Program-made: the position numbers and the translations under genes
In this document: in pieces, positions 20,050 through 30,223 of the stretch
Position numbering within the stretch: the stretch's first letter is position 1
Layout of the letters: every line of letters starts with the position of its first letter
Assembly: GCA_963978095.1 (NCBI GenBank)
Contig: CAXBQP010000007.1
Coordinates: 1 to 64,000, forward strand
From: an uncultured bacterium
GTDB taxonomy: Bacteria; Gemmatimonadota; Gemmatimonadetes; Gemmatimonadales; Gemmatimonadaceae
DNA: 64,000 nt
Direction of reading: 5' to 3'
The notes under the pieces: model-generated
The model's database searches: none
What the model saw: only the letters and a program-made list of their open reading frames with translations
What the model was told of the DNA's origin: nothing

Positions 20050-22300
20050 CGGACCACGCGCTCGCTGGTTCGTGGCGGTGCTGCTCAGCATGGCGGCGCC
20101 GACCGTTCAGGCACAGGGGGGCGCGTGCGGTGCCGGCAGCGTGGAGGTGGGACGCCTCGAATTCGAGGGGAACCACTCGTTTCCGACGGCCACGCTCGCC
20201 GCGGGAATCGTCACCGCGCCGAGTACCTGGGCGCGTCGCGCGTTGAAGGTCGTCGGAACGCGGCGGTGTCTGGATCGACAGGCCTTCCCGCTCGATGTCG
20301 CGCGTGTGCTGAAGTGGTACCGGGTCCATGGCTATCGCGAAGCCACCGTGGACACCGTGGTCACCGCCATGGGAGCCGGTCGCGTGGCCGTGCGCTTTCT
20401 GGTGCGCGAGGGCGAACCCATGCGGGTCCGCGACTTCTTCGTCGACGGACTCGAGTCCGTCCCCGACCACCAGGAGTTGTTGCGTCGTCTGCCGCTGAGT
20501 CGCGGCGAGCCGTTCGACACGATCACGATGTATGCGTCGCGCGATACCATCGTGCGTCGGCTGCGCGATACGGGGTACCCCGATGCCGAGGCGTTCGTGG
20601 GCTACGACACGCATACGCTGGACCGTCGCGCCGACCTGTCGTTCAAGGTATCCGTCGGCCCGCGGGCGCGAATCGGTGCGGTGGACGTGCGCGTGACGCC
20701 GCGTCCGGGAGCGCCGCGCGGCATCACCGACGACGCGATCCGCAAGGTCGCGCGTGTGTCGCCGGGGGAGCTCTACGTCGAAGCGAACCTCGAGGCGGTG
20801 AAGCGCGCGTTGTACCGCACGGAGGCGTTCAACTTCGTGCGCGTCACGCCGGACAGCACGGTGAATCCCCGCGACTCGACCATCGGCGTGCGGTTGGAGC
20901 TCACCGAAGGGCCGATGCATGCGGTGCGCACCGGACTGGGCTGGGGAACGCTTGACTGTTTCCGCGCCAGTGCGGATCTCACCAAGTTCAATCTGCTCAA
21001 CGGGGCCACGCGTCTCGACTTCCGGACCCGCGTCTCCAAACTCGGCGTCGGTCAGCCGGTGACGGGGCTTGAGAATCTGTGTCCGCAGGCCAAGAGCGAT
21101 GCCTACAGCGGCGACCTCAACTACACGGTCAATGCCACGGTGACGGCCCTCGCGGGTTGGCGTGATTTCCTCCCGTCGGTATCGCTCTTCAGCGAGCGGC
21201 GGAGCGAGTACAACGCCTACCTCCGCACGACACCGGTCGGCGGCACGGTGAACTTCACGCGTGCGCTCGGCCGTCTGTCGCAGTCGCTGTCGTACACGGT
21301 GGAGTACGGCCGGACGCAGGCGCAGCCGGCGCTCCTCTGTGCCGTGTTCAACGCCTGCACCCAGGCCGATCAAGCGTCGTTCAACAACTTCCGCCGGCTC
21401 GGCGTCGCGAGTGCCTCGCTTTCGCGGGAGACCGGAGACAATCCGGAGAACCCCACCCGCGGGAACGCCGTCCGGCTGGAGCTCCGCACCGCGGGTCGTG
21501 TCACCGGTGCCGAGGATTCGCTGCGGTTCAACAAGTTCCTCGCCGATGGCGCGATCTACTATCCGCTCACGCCGGACATCATTCTGGCCGCGCGCCTCCG
21601 CTTCGGTGCCGTCGTCGGTCCGTCGCTGTCGTTCTCCGATGCGACGGTCAGCGTACCTCCGCAGGAACGACTGTTCGGCGGCGGTCCGACCACCGTGCGC
21701 GGCTTCCGGCAGAACGAGTTGGGCCCTGCCGTCTACATTCCGAGCGCGTACGACACGGTCCGCGCCAACGGCACGCGCGGCGGAAATCCCGCGAATGCCG
21801 CGGACACGGTGTACTTCCGCGCGCGCCCCGACTCGGTGAGCATTCGTACCGTGCCGACGGGCGGCAACGCGCTGGTGGTGGCCAATCTCGAAGCACGCAT
21901 CCGGAGTCCGATCTATCCGGAGCTCATCCAGTGGACGGCGTTCGCTGACCTCGGGCAAGTATGGAACCGGGGGACACCGGGGTCGACGCTCGCGTTCAAG
22001 TCATTCGTGCTCACGCCCGGTGTCGGCGTGCGGGTGTCGACGCTCATCGGGTTCATCCGCATGGACGTCGCCCATAATCCGTATCAACGACCCTCCGGCG
22101 CCGCGTACTTCGACGCGCCGCTCTCGCAGGGCGGAGCGCTGTTCTGCGTGAGTCCGGGAAACACGCTGCGCGTGACCGCGAACGGGAACGGGCAGCTGTC
22201 GCAGGCGGCCGGGAGTTGTCCGGCGGCATTCCAGCCGTCACGGGAGTCGTCGTTCTTCCGGCAGCTGACGCTCAACTTCTCCATCGGCCAGGCGTTCTAG
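20042..22300 (+). CDS. tamA: Omp85/TamA-family outer membrane protein
   Basis: Signal peptide, POTRA-like repeats, GGPTTVRGF loop-6 motif, C-terminal FSIGQAF; adjacent to tamB. Confidence 0.85.
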   Translation: MTSGPRARWFVAVLLSMAAPTVQAQGGACGAGSVEVGRLEFEGNHSFPTATLAAGIVTAPSTWARRALKVVGTRRCLDRQAFPLDVARVLKWYRVHGYREATVDTVVTAMGAGRVAVRFLVREGEPMRVRDFFVDGLESVPDHQELLRRLPLSRGEPFDTITMYASRDTIVRRLRDTGYPDAEAFVGYDTHTLDRRADLSFKVSVGPRARIGAVDVRVTPRPGAPRGITDDAIRKVARVSPGELYVEANLEAVKRALYRTEAFNFVRVTPDSTVNPRDSTIGVRLELTEGPMHAVRTGLGWGTLDCFRASADLTKFNLLNGATRLDFRTRVSKLGVGQPVTGLENLCPQAKSDAYSGDLNYTVNATVTALAGWRDFLPSVSLFSERRSEYNAYLRTTPVGGTVNFTRALGRLSQSLSYTVEYGRTQAQPALLCAVFNACTQADQASFNNFRRLGVASASLSRETGDNPENPTRGNAVRLELRTAGRVTGAEDSLRFNKFLADGAIYYPLTPDIILAARLRFGAVVGPSLSFSDATVSVPPQERLFGGGPTTVRGFRQNELGPAVYIPSAYDTVRANGTRGGNPANAADTVYFRARPDSVSIRTVPTGGNALVVANLEARIRSPIYPELIQWTAFADLGQVWNRGTPGSTLAFKSFVLTPGVGVRVSTLIGFIRMDVAHNPYQRPSGAAYFDAPLSQGGALFCVSPGNTLRVTANGNGQLSQAAGSCPAAFQPSRESSFFRQLTLNFSIGQAF

Positions 22301-22301
22301 G

Positions 22302-25300
22302 ATGCAGCCCCGCCGCCAACTCGTCGTGCTCTACAGCGCGTTGCTGATGTTCGTGATCGGCGCTGGTGCGGTCGGCGGACTCGTGGCGGCGACGCAGAGC
22401 GAGGGCGGGCGTGACTGGATCCGTCGGCAACTCGAACGGCAGTTCGTGACGGGGATGAAAGGGCGCGTCCACATCGGACGGATGAGCGGAACCTTCCTCA
22501 CGGATATCCGACTCGATTCCCTCAGCATCACCGACCCGGAGGATTCGCTCTTCATCGCGAGCGGGCCGGTGCGCCTCACCTATGACCCGCGCGACATCCT
22601 CGACGGCCGGATCATCGTCCGATCCGCGGACATTCAGCGTCCCACGGTCATTTTCCGCGAAGAGAACGACCACCGCTGGAACTTCCGCAAGGTGTTCCCG
22701 GTGGAAGCCGAGGGGCCGCCGCGCCCGCGAGGCCCACGCACGGCGTTCGGATCGCTGGTGCTCTTCCACAACGTGCGGGTCCGCGGTCTCGATTTCCGGC
22801 TCACGCTGCCGTGGGAACCGGACGACTCCCTGAAGGGGGCGCGTCGCGACAGTGCCGTCGCGTTCAACGTCGGCCAAGAGCGGTTGGAGATCCGTCGCGT
22901 GATGACCAAAGGCGTCGCCGGCTTCCAGCGCACCTGGCGATGGACCGACGCCAACGCGACGCTGAATCGCATCCGCTTCCGGCATCCGGACAGCACGGGG
23001 CGACAGTTCGATATCGCCCGACTCGACGTGGTCGAGAAGATCCCGCCCTTCGATTTCCGCAACATGAACGGCGGCTTCTTCTGGCTCGGCGATACCATCT
23101 GGCTGAATCTGCCGCACTTCGAACTGCCGAACTCGGTCGCGCGGGCCGCCGGGACGGTGCGGTGGGGCACCGGGCCGATCCGGTACGACATCAAGATCCA
23201 CAGCGATTCCACCGCGATGCGGGACATCGCGTGGATCTACGAGACGCTGCCGCGGACCGGCGGCGGCAAGATGGATCTGCACATCAAGAACGAGCCGAAG
23301 GACACCCGGGTGATCGACTACGCGATCACCAACATGGATCTGCGCAGCAACGGCTCACGGTTGCGCGGCAACATGACGTACGGCGTCGGGGGGCCTGTCC
23401 TGATCGTGAAGGATGTGAACCTCGAGCTGCTGCCGGCGAACTTCACGCTGTTGGAGACGCTCAACGGCCGTCCGTTCCCGTATCCGTGGCGCGGCGACAT
23501 TTCGGGAACCGTGCGCGCGCGTGGCGGTCCGGTGCATCACTTCGTGGTCGACGACGCGCGCCTCACCTTCCGCGACGCCAACGTCCCCGGCGCCTTCACG
23601 CGAGGCGTGGGGCGCGGCGAGCTCGACATCCTGCACCCCGGTGATGCCAAGTTCCACGGATTCAGGATTGACGTGGCGCAGTTCGATCTCCGCACCGCGC
23701 AGTTCGTGAACCCGGCTTTTCCGGCCATCCGCGGCATCATTGCCGGGACCACGATCCTCGACTCGATCTGGACCGACGTGCGATTCCGCGACGGAGACCT
23801 CACGCATCGCGATGGCAGCGATGCGGGAGTGTCTCGCTTCAAGGGGAGCGGACGGATCACGATGGCGCAGAACGTCGTCTTCGACGTCTCGGCCATTGCC
23901 CTCCCGTTGGCGGTGACGACCGTGGCCCGCTCGTATCCGAGCATCCCGCTGCGGGGCGATTTCTCGGGGGCGCTCCGCGTGAAGGGGACGGCCAGTGATC
24001 TCTCCGTCACGGCCGACCTCACGGGCGAGGCGGGGCGCATCCAACTCGATGGCGCCTTCGATGCGATCGCGCCGACCTTCCGCGCCGCGGCGAACGGGTC
24101 GGTGAGTGGATTCGATCTCCGGGCAGGGTTCGGCGTACCCGCGCTGCCGACGAGCGTCCTCAACGGGCGGTTCGCGATCGACCTGGACGGGGACTCGCTC
24201 GCGAATCTCTACGGCAGTGCGCGCTTCAATGCGGACCGCTCCCTCGTGGACAGTGTGCGCGTCTACAACGGGCTGGCCCAGGTGCGTTTCGTCGATGGCA
24301 AAGTGCGGGTCGACTCCCTGCGCGTCGAAACCATTGCCGGGACGCTCAGCAAGACCGGACGCGCCGATGCCCTCGGGCTCACCGAGGCGGCACGCGACTC
24401 CCTCACGTTCGCGATCGACGTGGATTCACTCGGCGGCTTCCGGCGATATCTCGCGCGGGGCGCCGCGGCCGGCGCCAGCGCCGAGGCGGCGGCCTTGGCG
24501 GATTCGCTCGAGGGGACGGCGCGCGTCGACGGTGCCGTGGTCGGATCGCTCGACCGCTTCGATCTGCACCTGCGGCTCGATGCGCGCGATCTGCGCTACG
24601 GGGCCTCCACGGCAAGACACGTGGTGGCGAGCGCGGCATTGCGTGATTTTCCAGCGAATCCCCTCGGGCCGCTCGCCCTCCGGCTCGACACGTTGCGTGC
24701 ATCCGAGTTGTCATTCGCGCGGGTCTCCGCGAATGTGGAGTTGCTGCCGGACGGACGCGCGTCCGGCGCGATCGCCGGTGAGATGCCGCACGGCGCGCGG
24801 GCGCGTGCCTCGCTGTCCGGGATGCGCCGCGGCGATACGACCGACGTGAGGCTCGACAGTCTCAACGTCGTGACGGCGGCCGACGCGTGGTCCCTCGACC
24901 GAGCCACCGCGGCCCGACTCGTGGGGACGTCGCTGTCGTTCGACACGCTCGCGCTCAGCGGGGCGACCGGCGGTCACTTCGCTGCCCGTGGCGTGGTCCC
25001 GGATCAGGGCCCCCTCGCGGTGACCCTTCGCGCCGACCGGATCCCCCTCACCGACTTCGGTGAACTCCTGCAACTCGAGACGGCGTTGAAGGGTGCGGCA
25101 TCGCTCCAAGCGGAACTGCGGGGCACGCGCAACGAGCCGGTCATGAATCTCGCGGCGCAAGCCGAGGATGCGCAGGTGGCCGGACTTCGCCTCGACCATG
25201 TGCAAGCGCAGGGTACCTACGCTGCCCAACGGTTGCTCACGTCGCTGGAATACACGCGACTCGGTGTCCCCGCACTGCGCGTCACTGGCAAGTTGCCGAT

Positions 25301-26894
25301 CGATCTGGCCTTGCGCCCGGGCATCGTACGCCTGCTCGAAGAACCGATCAGCGTGCAGGTCCGCACCGACACCGTCGGTTTGGTGCTGCTGGAGTCGTTC
25401 TCGCGCACGATCACGGGGGCACGCGGCGGCATGTCCTTGAACCTCGACGTCTCCGGCACGTGGAAGCATCCGCGTTTGCTCGGCGAGATGACGGTCCGCG
25501 ATGGCGCCCTGAACTTCGCGCCCATGGGGCGAGCATCGCTCAGTGGCATCGAGGCCGATATCCGATTCCTCGGCGACAGCATCGCGGTGCGCAACCTCTC
25601 GGCTCGTGCGGGGCCGACGCGCGGTGCGCAGGCCAGCGTCACCGGCGCCCTGAAGATCAGCGACATCGAGAATCCGCTGTTCAACCTCGGGCTCACGGCA
25701 CGCAACTTCAACGTCCTGAATCGTGCCGGCTTCGCCGATCTCGATGTGAGCGGATCCGTCGCCCTCACCGGCCCCCTCGACGGGGCGGTGCTCTCCGGCG
25801 ACAGCCTCACGGTGGACCGTGGTGTGCTGAATGTGAGCAATCTGTTCCAGAAGAAACTGATCGCTCTCGACGACAACGAGATCGCCGGCATCGTGGACAC
25901 CTCGGCGTTTGCCGACCGCCGGATCTTCGGGCAGGGGTCCGGGCAGTTCGTCGACAACCTGAGCATGAATGGCTTGCAGGTCACGATGGGGCGCGATGTG
26001 TGGTTGCGGTCGGAGGAAGCCAACATCAACCTCGGTGGGGCGCTCAACATCACCCGGAGTCGACTCCAGCGGGGGACCGTCGGCAATGCCGGCTCGCAGC
26101 TCGCGCTGGTCGGCACCCTGCAGACCGTGCGCGGGTCGTATCGACTGAATGTCGGCGCCGGGGTGCAGCGCGCCTTCGACGTGGAGACCGGGGACGTGCG
26201 CTTCTTCGGCGACGTCGATCTCAATCCCACGTTGAGCATCAACGCCCTGCACACCGTGCGACAGTACAGCACGCAGTCCGCGCGCCCCGATGTGCGTGTC
26301 CGGGTGCACATTGGTGGCACCCTGGCGTCACCCACCGCCGAACTCTCGAGCCCGGATTCCCTCCGCGTCACCAACGGCGATCTGATCAGTTACCTCGTCA
26401 CCGGCGGGCCGAGCGACGAGATCGGTGGACGCAACGGTGACATCGGTTCCACCGCGGCCCGCGTGTTCGTCTCGTCGTTCGGCACCTTCCTCGGCGGAAA
26501 AGCCACCGGAACCCTGTGCGACGACGCGCAGATCAGTACCGCGGGCCTTGATGCGTATCAAGGCAAGATCGCCGACGTCGGCGCCGGCCTGCTCAGCGGC
26601 ACGCGGTTCAACTGTGCCAAACAGGTCGGGACGGATACCTTCGTGCGACTCGACGCGGGGTTGTGCCAAGTCGGCCAGTTGCTGGCGACGGGCGGGACCT
26701 CGGCCGAATCACCCACTTTTGCCGACGCGCTCGGCGTGAAGGTGGATTACCGCGTGCGGTCCAATCTGACCTTCTCGTTCGGTATCGAACCGCCGACCAG
26801 CGCGGTCCTCTGCTCCCGCGACGCCAACGCTCGAGGGTTCGCCCCGACGCCGAGGCAGTTCGGCTTGGACCTCTTCCGGCTCTGGCGATTCTGA
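22302..26894 (+). CDS. tamB: Translocation and assembly module TamB-like protein (1530 aa)
   Basis: N-terminal anchor, long beta-taco repeats, C-terminal TamB-like domain (NPTLSINA, VHIGGTLASP, DLISYLVTG). Confidence 0.85.
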   Translation: MQPRRQLVVLYSALLMFVIGAGAVGGLVAATQSEGGRDWIRRQLERQFVTGMKGRVHIGRMSGTFLTDIRLDSLSITDPEDSLFIASGPVRLTYDPRDILDGRIIVRSADIQRPTVIFREENDHRWNFRKVFPVEAEGPPRPRGPRTAFGSLVLFHNVRVRGLDFRLTLPWEPDDSLKGARRDSAVAFNVGQERLEIRRVMTKGVAGFQRTWRWTDANATLNRIRFRHPDSTGRQFDIARLDVVEKIPPFDFRNMNGGFFWLGDTIWLNLPHFELPNSVARAAGTVRWGTGPIRYDIKIHSDSTAMRDIAWIYETLPRTGGGKMDLHIKNEPKDTRVIDYAITNMDLRSNGSRLRGNMTYGVGGPVLIVKDVNLELLPANFTLLETLNGRPFPYPWRGDISGTVRARGGPVHHFVVDDARLTFRDANVPGAFTRGVGRGELDILHPGDAKFHGFRIDVAQFDLRTAQFVNPAFPAIRGIIAGTTILDSIWTDVRFRDGDLTHRDGSDAGVSRFKGSGRITMAQNVVFDVSAIALPLAVTTVARSYPSIPLRGDFSGALRVKGTASDLSVTADLTGEAGRIQLDGAFDAIAPTFRAAANGSVSGFDLRAGFGVPALPTSVLNGRFAIDLDGDSLANLYGSARFNADRSLVDSVRVYNGLAQVRFVDGKVRVDSLRVETIAGTLSKTGRADALGLTEAARDSLTFAIDVDSLGGFRRYLARGAAAGASAEAAALADSLEGTARVDGAVVGSLDRFDLHLRLDARDLRYGASTARHVVASAALRDFPANPLGPLALRLDTLRASELSFARVSANVELLPDGRASGAIAGEMPHGARARASLSGMRRGDTTDVRLDSLNVVTAADAWSLDRATAARLVGTSLSFDTLALSGATGGHFAARGVVPDQGPLAVTLRADRIPLTDFGELLQLETALKGAASLQAELRGTRNEPVMNLAAQAEDAQVAGLRLDHVQAQGTYAAQRLLTSLEYTRLGVPALRVTGKLPIDLALRPGIVRLLEEPISVQVRTDTVGLVLLESFSRTITGARGGMSLNLDVSGTWKHPRLLGEMTVRDGALNFAPMGRASLSGIEADIRFLGDSIAVRNLSARAGPTRGAQASVTGALKISDIENPLFNLGLTARNFNVLNRAGFADLDVSGSVALTGPLDGAVLSGDSLTVDRGVLNVSNLFQKKLIALDDNEIAGIVDTSAFADRRIFGQGSGQFVDNLSMNGLQVTMGRDVWLRSEEANINLGGALNITRSRLQRGTVGNAGSQLALVGTLQTVRGSYRLNVGAGVQRAFDVETGDVRFFGDVDLNPTLSINALHTVRQYSTQSARPDVRVRVHIGGTLASPTAELSSPDSLRVTNGDLISYLVTGGPSDEIGGRNGDIGSTAARVFVSSFGTFLGGKATGTLCDDAQISTAGLDAYQGKIADVGAGLLSGTRFNCAKQVGTDTFVRLDAGLCQVGQLLATGGTSAESPTFADALGVKVDYRVRSNLTFSFGIEPPTSAVLCSRDANARGFAPTPRQFGLDLFRLWRF

Positions 26895-27781
26895 TCAGGT
26901 CGGCGTTGCTCGTCGTCAACCCCGCCGCGCGGCGGGGCCGGACTGGCGAACGCGAGGCACGGCGCGCATTCGCGGAGGCCGGCGTCCCGGTGGAACTCAT
27001 GCGCACCACGGCGGCCGGCGATGCGGCGCGGTTCGCCACCGCCCATGCTGCCGCGCACGACGCCGTGTTCACCCTCGGTGGCGATGGGACCGCGATGGAG
27101 GTCGTGGGGGCGCTCGCCGTGAATGGGCCCCCGGTGGGGATCCTCCCTGGCGGAACCGGGAATCAGCTGGTGCGTCACCTCGGAACTCCGCTCCGTATTC
27201 GGCACGCGGTGCATCAGTTGCTCTGTGGTGAGGAATATCGCATGGACTTGGGGCGTCTGGCCGACGGCCGGCGTTTCGCACTGACCGCCGGTTTCGGGAT
27301 GGATGTCGCGATGATGCGCGATGCGTCACCCTCGCACAAGCGGCGCTTCGGCGTCGGCGCGTATGTCTGGTCGGGACTGCGCGCGCTCTTGCGGAACGAG
27401 CGCGTGCCGGTTCGCGCCACGGTCGACGGTGTCACGTTCGAACATGACTGCGGGATGGCGATGATCGCGAATGTTGGCGCGTTGCTTGACGGTTTCATTT
27501 CGACCGGCCCTGATGTTCGCACCGACGACGGGATGCTTGACCTGTGCCTGTTCTTTCCCGAGACAGTCGCAGAGGCTGTGTCACTGACGCTCCGGTGTAT
27601 CCGCAACGATTTCCGCCCGCATCCTGCCATGCGTTTCGTGCGTGGTCGTGAGATATCGATCGAGGCGCGGTCCCATTCCCACGGACGCTACGACGCACAG
27701 GCGGACGGCGAAATCCTGCGGACCACCGTTCTCCAGGCGACTGCAGAACCTTTAGCCGGTGTATTACTTCGCTCTGTCTAG
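26891..27781 (+). CDS. Diacylglycerol kinase-family lipid kinase
   Basis: VVNPAARRG, GGDGT, ILPGGTGN, GFGMD, QADGE; start uncertain (CTG 26891 or TTG 26906). Confidence 0.88.
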   Translation: MIRSALLVVNPAARRGRTGEREARRAFAEAGVPVELMRTTAAGDAARFATAHAAAHDAVFTLGGDGTAMEVVGALAVNGPPVGILPGGTGNQLVRHLGTPLRIRHAVHQLLCGEEYRMDLGRLADGRRFALTAGFGMDVAMMRDASPSHKRRFGVGAYVWSGLRALLRNERVPVRATVDGVTFEHDCGMAMIANVGALLDGFISTGPDVRTDDGMLDLCLFFPETVAEAVSLTLRCIRNDFRPHPAMRFVRGREISIEARSHSHGRYDAQADGEILRTTVLQATAEPLAGVLLRSV

Positions 27782-27783
27782 TA

Positions 27784-27812
27784 TTGAATCACCTGTAGAT
27801 GTATCGTAAGTT
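27784..27812 (+). promoter_or_regulatory. sigma70-type promoter of the NtrC-like regulator
   Basis: TTGAAT-N17-TAAGTT in an AT-rich intergenic stretch. Confidence 0.6.
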
Positions 27813-27865
27813 GATAGCTGTGCTCTTGGGCGGGGAGTCAGGACCAATCACTGGACGGAACGATC

Positions 27866-29218
27866 ATGGCCAGCATTCTGATTATTGACGACGAAGTCGC
27901 GATCGCATCGGCCTTCGCGCTGTTCTTCCGGCACGATGGTTCCAACGTCGTCACCGAGGCGCACACGGGCGCGGAGGGGATTGAGGCGTATCAGCGCCTG
28001 CGGCCGGATCTGGTGCTGCTCGATGTCCGACTGCCCGACATGACCGGCTTTGACGTGCTCGCCAAGATCGGTCCGGACAATCCGGTGGTGATCATGGTCA
28101 CCGCCTACGGCGATGTACCCATGGCGGTCGAGGCGCTGCACAAGGGGGCGGAGAACTTCCTGACCAAGCCGGTGGACCTGAACCACTTGGCGGCTGCGGC
28201 GGAGCGCGCGCTGGAGAAGGCATCTCTCCGGCGCCTGAATCGCTTTCTCACGGACCGGCGCGGCGCTGGGAAGTCGCTCGTGTTCGGCCCGTCGGCGGCG
28301 ATGCGCGAACTGGCGGCGCAAGTGGCCTTGCTCGCGGCGAGCGATCGCACGACGGCGCTGATCGTCGGCGAGAGCGGCGCCGGGAAGGGACGCGTCGCCG
28401 AGTTGCTGCACTCGCAGAGCCCGCGGGCGTCGAAGCCGTTCGTGGAAGTGAACTGCGCAGCGCTCACGGCATCGTCACTCGAGTCCGAACTCTTCGGGGT
28501 GGAATCCGACGCCGACGGGAGCCAGGGGCCGACCAAGCGCGGACTCTTCGAGATTGCCGATGGCGGAACGGTCTTCCTCGACGAAATCGGGGATCTCGCG
28601 CCGGGCTTGCAGCCGAAGCTGCTCCGCGTGCTCGAGGGCAAGGGATTCCGCCGTCTCGGCGGAACCATGGAAATCACGCCGAATGTCCGGGTGGTCGCCG
28701 CCACGGGGCGCGATCTCGTGAGTGAGGTGACGGCGGGGCGGTTCCGCGAGGATTTGTATTATCGTCTGTCGGTGATGCCGATCAACCTGCCGCCCCTGCG
28801 TACGCGCACGCGGGAGGATCTGATCGAGCTGGTGGCACATCTGCTCGACGACCTCGGCGCGACCCTGGCCGGTGCCCCTACCACGCTCTCGGATGAGTCG
28901 CTGGATGCGCTGCTGCGGTACCCGTGGCCGGGGAACGTGCGGGAGCTTCGCAACGTGCTCGAACGGGCGATGCTGATCGCACGCGGACAACCGCGGATCG
29001 AGCTGCTCCACCTGCCGCGGGAAGTCCACGCCGCGAGTGGCGCCGAGGTGGCCCACCATGAGCCGCGGTCGTTGGCCGACGTGGAGAAGGCACACATCGA
29101 TCGTACGCTGCGCGCCAATGAGGGAAATCGCACGCATGCGGCCAGGGAACTCGGGATATCGCGGGCGACCCTCATCAAGAAGATTCGCGAGTACGGGTTC
29201 TCCGACAAGCGGCGCTGA
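27866..29218 (+). CDS. NtrC-family response regulator (REC-AAA+-Fis HTH), GAFTGA absent
   Basis: IIDDE/LLDVRLPD/TKP receiver, GESGAGKG, VFLDEIG, FREDLYYRL, WPGNVRELRN, AARELGISRATL. Confidence 0.93.
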   Translation: MASILIIDDEVAIASAFALFFRHDGSNVVTEAHTGAEGIEAYQRLRPDLVLLDVRLPDMTGFDVLAKIGPDNPVVIMVTAYGDVPMAVEALHKGAENFLTKPVDLNHLAAAAERALEKASLRRLNRFLTDRRGAGKSLVFGPSAAMRELAAQVALLAASDRTTALIVGESGAGKGRVAELLHSQSPRASKPFVEVNCAALTASSLESELFGVESDADGSQGPTKRGLFEIADGGTVFLDEIGDLAPGLQPKLLRVLEGKGFRRLGGTMEITPNVRVVAATGRDLVSEVTAGRFREDLYYRLSVMPINLPPLRTRTREDLIELVAHLLDDLGATLAGAPTTLSDESLDALLRYPWPGNVRELRNVLERAMLIARGQPRIELLHLPREVHAASGAEVAHHEPRSLADVEKAHIDRTLRANEGNRTHAARELGISRATLIKKIREYGFSDKRR

Positions 29219-29224
29219 CCGGCG

Positions 29225-30184
29225 GTGACACAGCCTCGCGATCTGGACGCCCTCGGGTTCGACCTGGTGGTCGGCCACGCAACCGACGAGGCGGGGGCCA
29301 CCGGCTGCACGGTCGTGCGTGGACGCACGGATCCATTCCGCGCGAGTGCGGTCGTCATCGGGCGGGCAACCGGCACGCGCGAGGTGGCCTTGCTCGATCC
29401 GTCGGCGGCGAATGACCGGGTGGATGCGATCCTCCTGACGGGCGGATCAGCGTACGGACTCGACGCCGCCGCCGGCGTGATGCGATGGATGGAGTCGCAC
29501 GGGCGCGGCTACCCGATCGCCGGCGGCGTGGTACCGATCGTTCCCACCGCGGTGGTCTTCGACTTGGCGCCACTCGGCCGGTTCGACGCCCGCCCGACGG
29601 CGCAGATGGCGTACGACGCGTGCGAGTCGGCGACGGCGCGTGGGATCGCCGAAGGGAATGTCGGCGCCGGAACCGGCTGCACCGTGGGAAAGGTCCGCGG
29701 TCCGGAGCGCTGCATGAAGGGGGGATTCGGCGTGGGGATCAGCGGCGACCGAGCGTTGGCCGCCGCGGCGTTCGTCGCGGTGAACGCGTTCGGCCATGTG
29801 TGCGGCGCCGACGGGGCCATCATCGCCGGCGCGCGCGCGGACGACGGATCGCTGATCGACACCACCGAGTTCCTGAAGACGCGCGAGGCCGAGGGGTCGC
29901 CTGCGGCCAACACGACCATCGCGGTCGTCGCGCTCAACGTGGCCCTCAGCAAAGGGGCGCTGCACGCCGTGGCCGCGGCGGCCTCCACCGCGCTCTTCGC
30001 GCGCGTCGTCCCTGCGGGGACACGATTCGATGGCGACCTGATTTTCGCGATGGCGCCCCTCGCCGGCCCCAGTGCGCCGCAGGAGGCATGCGAGCAGCAC
30101 GCCGTGCGCGCGCTAGGCGATGCGATCGAGCGTGCCGTGCGGCTCGCCCACGGGCGCGACGGGATTCCGGGGCTCGCGGACTGA
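29225..30184 (+). CDS. DmpA/P1 (S58) family peptidase
   Basis: VGHAT...TGCTV, LTGGSAYGLDAAAGV, GNVGAGTG, KGG, NTT, DGD. Confidence 0.88.
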   Translation: MTQPRDLDALGFDLVVGHATDEAGATGCTVVRGRTDPFRASAVVIGRATGTREVALLDPSAANDRVDAILLTGGSAYGLDAAAGVMRWMESHGRGYPIAGGVVPIVPTAVVFDLAPLGRFDARPTAQMAYDACESATARGIAEGNVGAGTGCTVGKVRGPERCMKGGFGVGISGDRALAAAAFVAVNAFGHVCGADGAIIAGARADDGSLIDTTEFLKTREAEGSPAANTTIAVVALNVALSKGALHAVAAAASTALFARVVPAGTRFDGDLIFAMAPLAGPSAPQEACEQHAVRALGDAIERAVRLAHGRDGIPGLAD

Positions 30185-30223
30185 GAAAACCGGCCGCCGG
30201 AGCGCCGGCAGCCGAGAAGTTCC

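Noticed and set aside
19916..21958. Long antisense ORFs such as 19916..21958, 24711..26309, 45107..46996 and 52704..54503
   Set aside because: Expected high-GC shadow frames opposite well-supported genes
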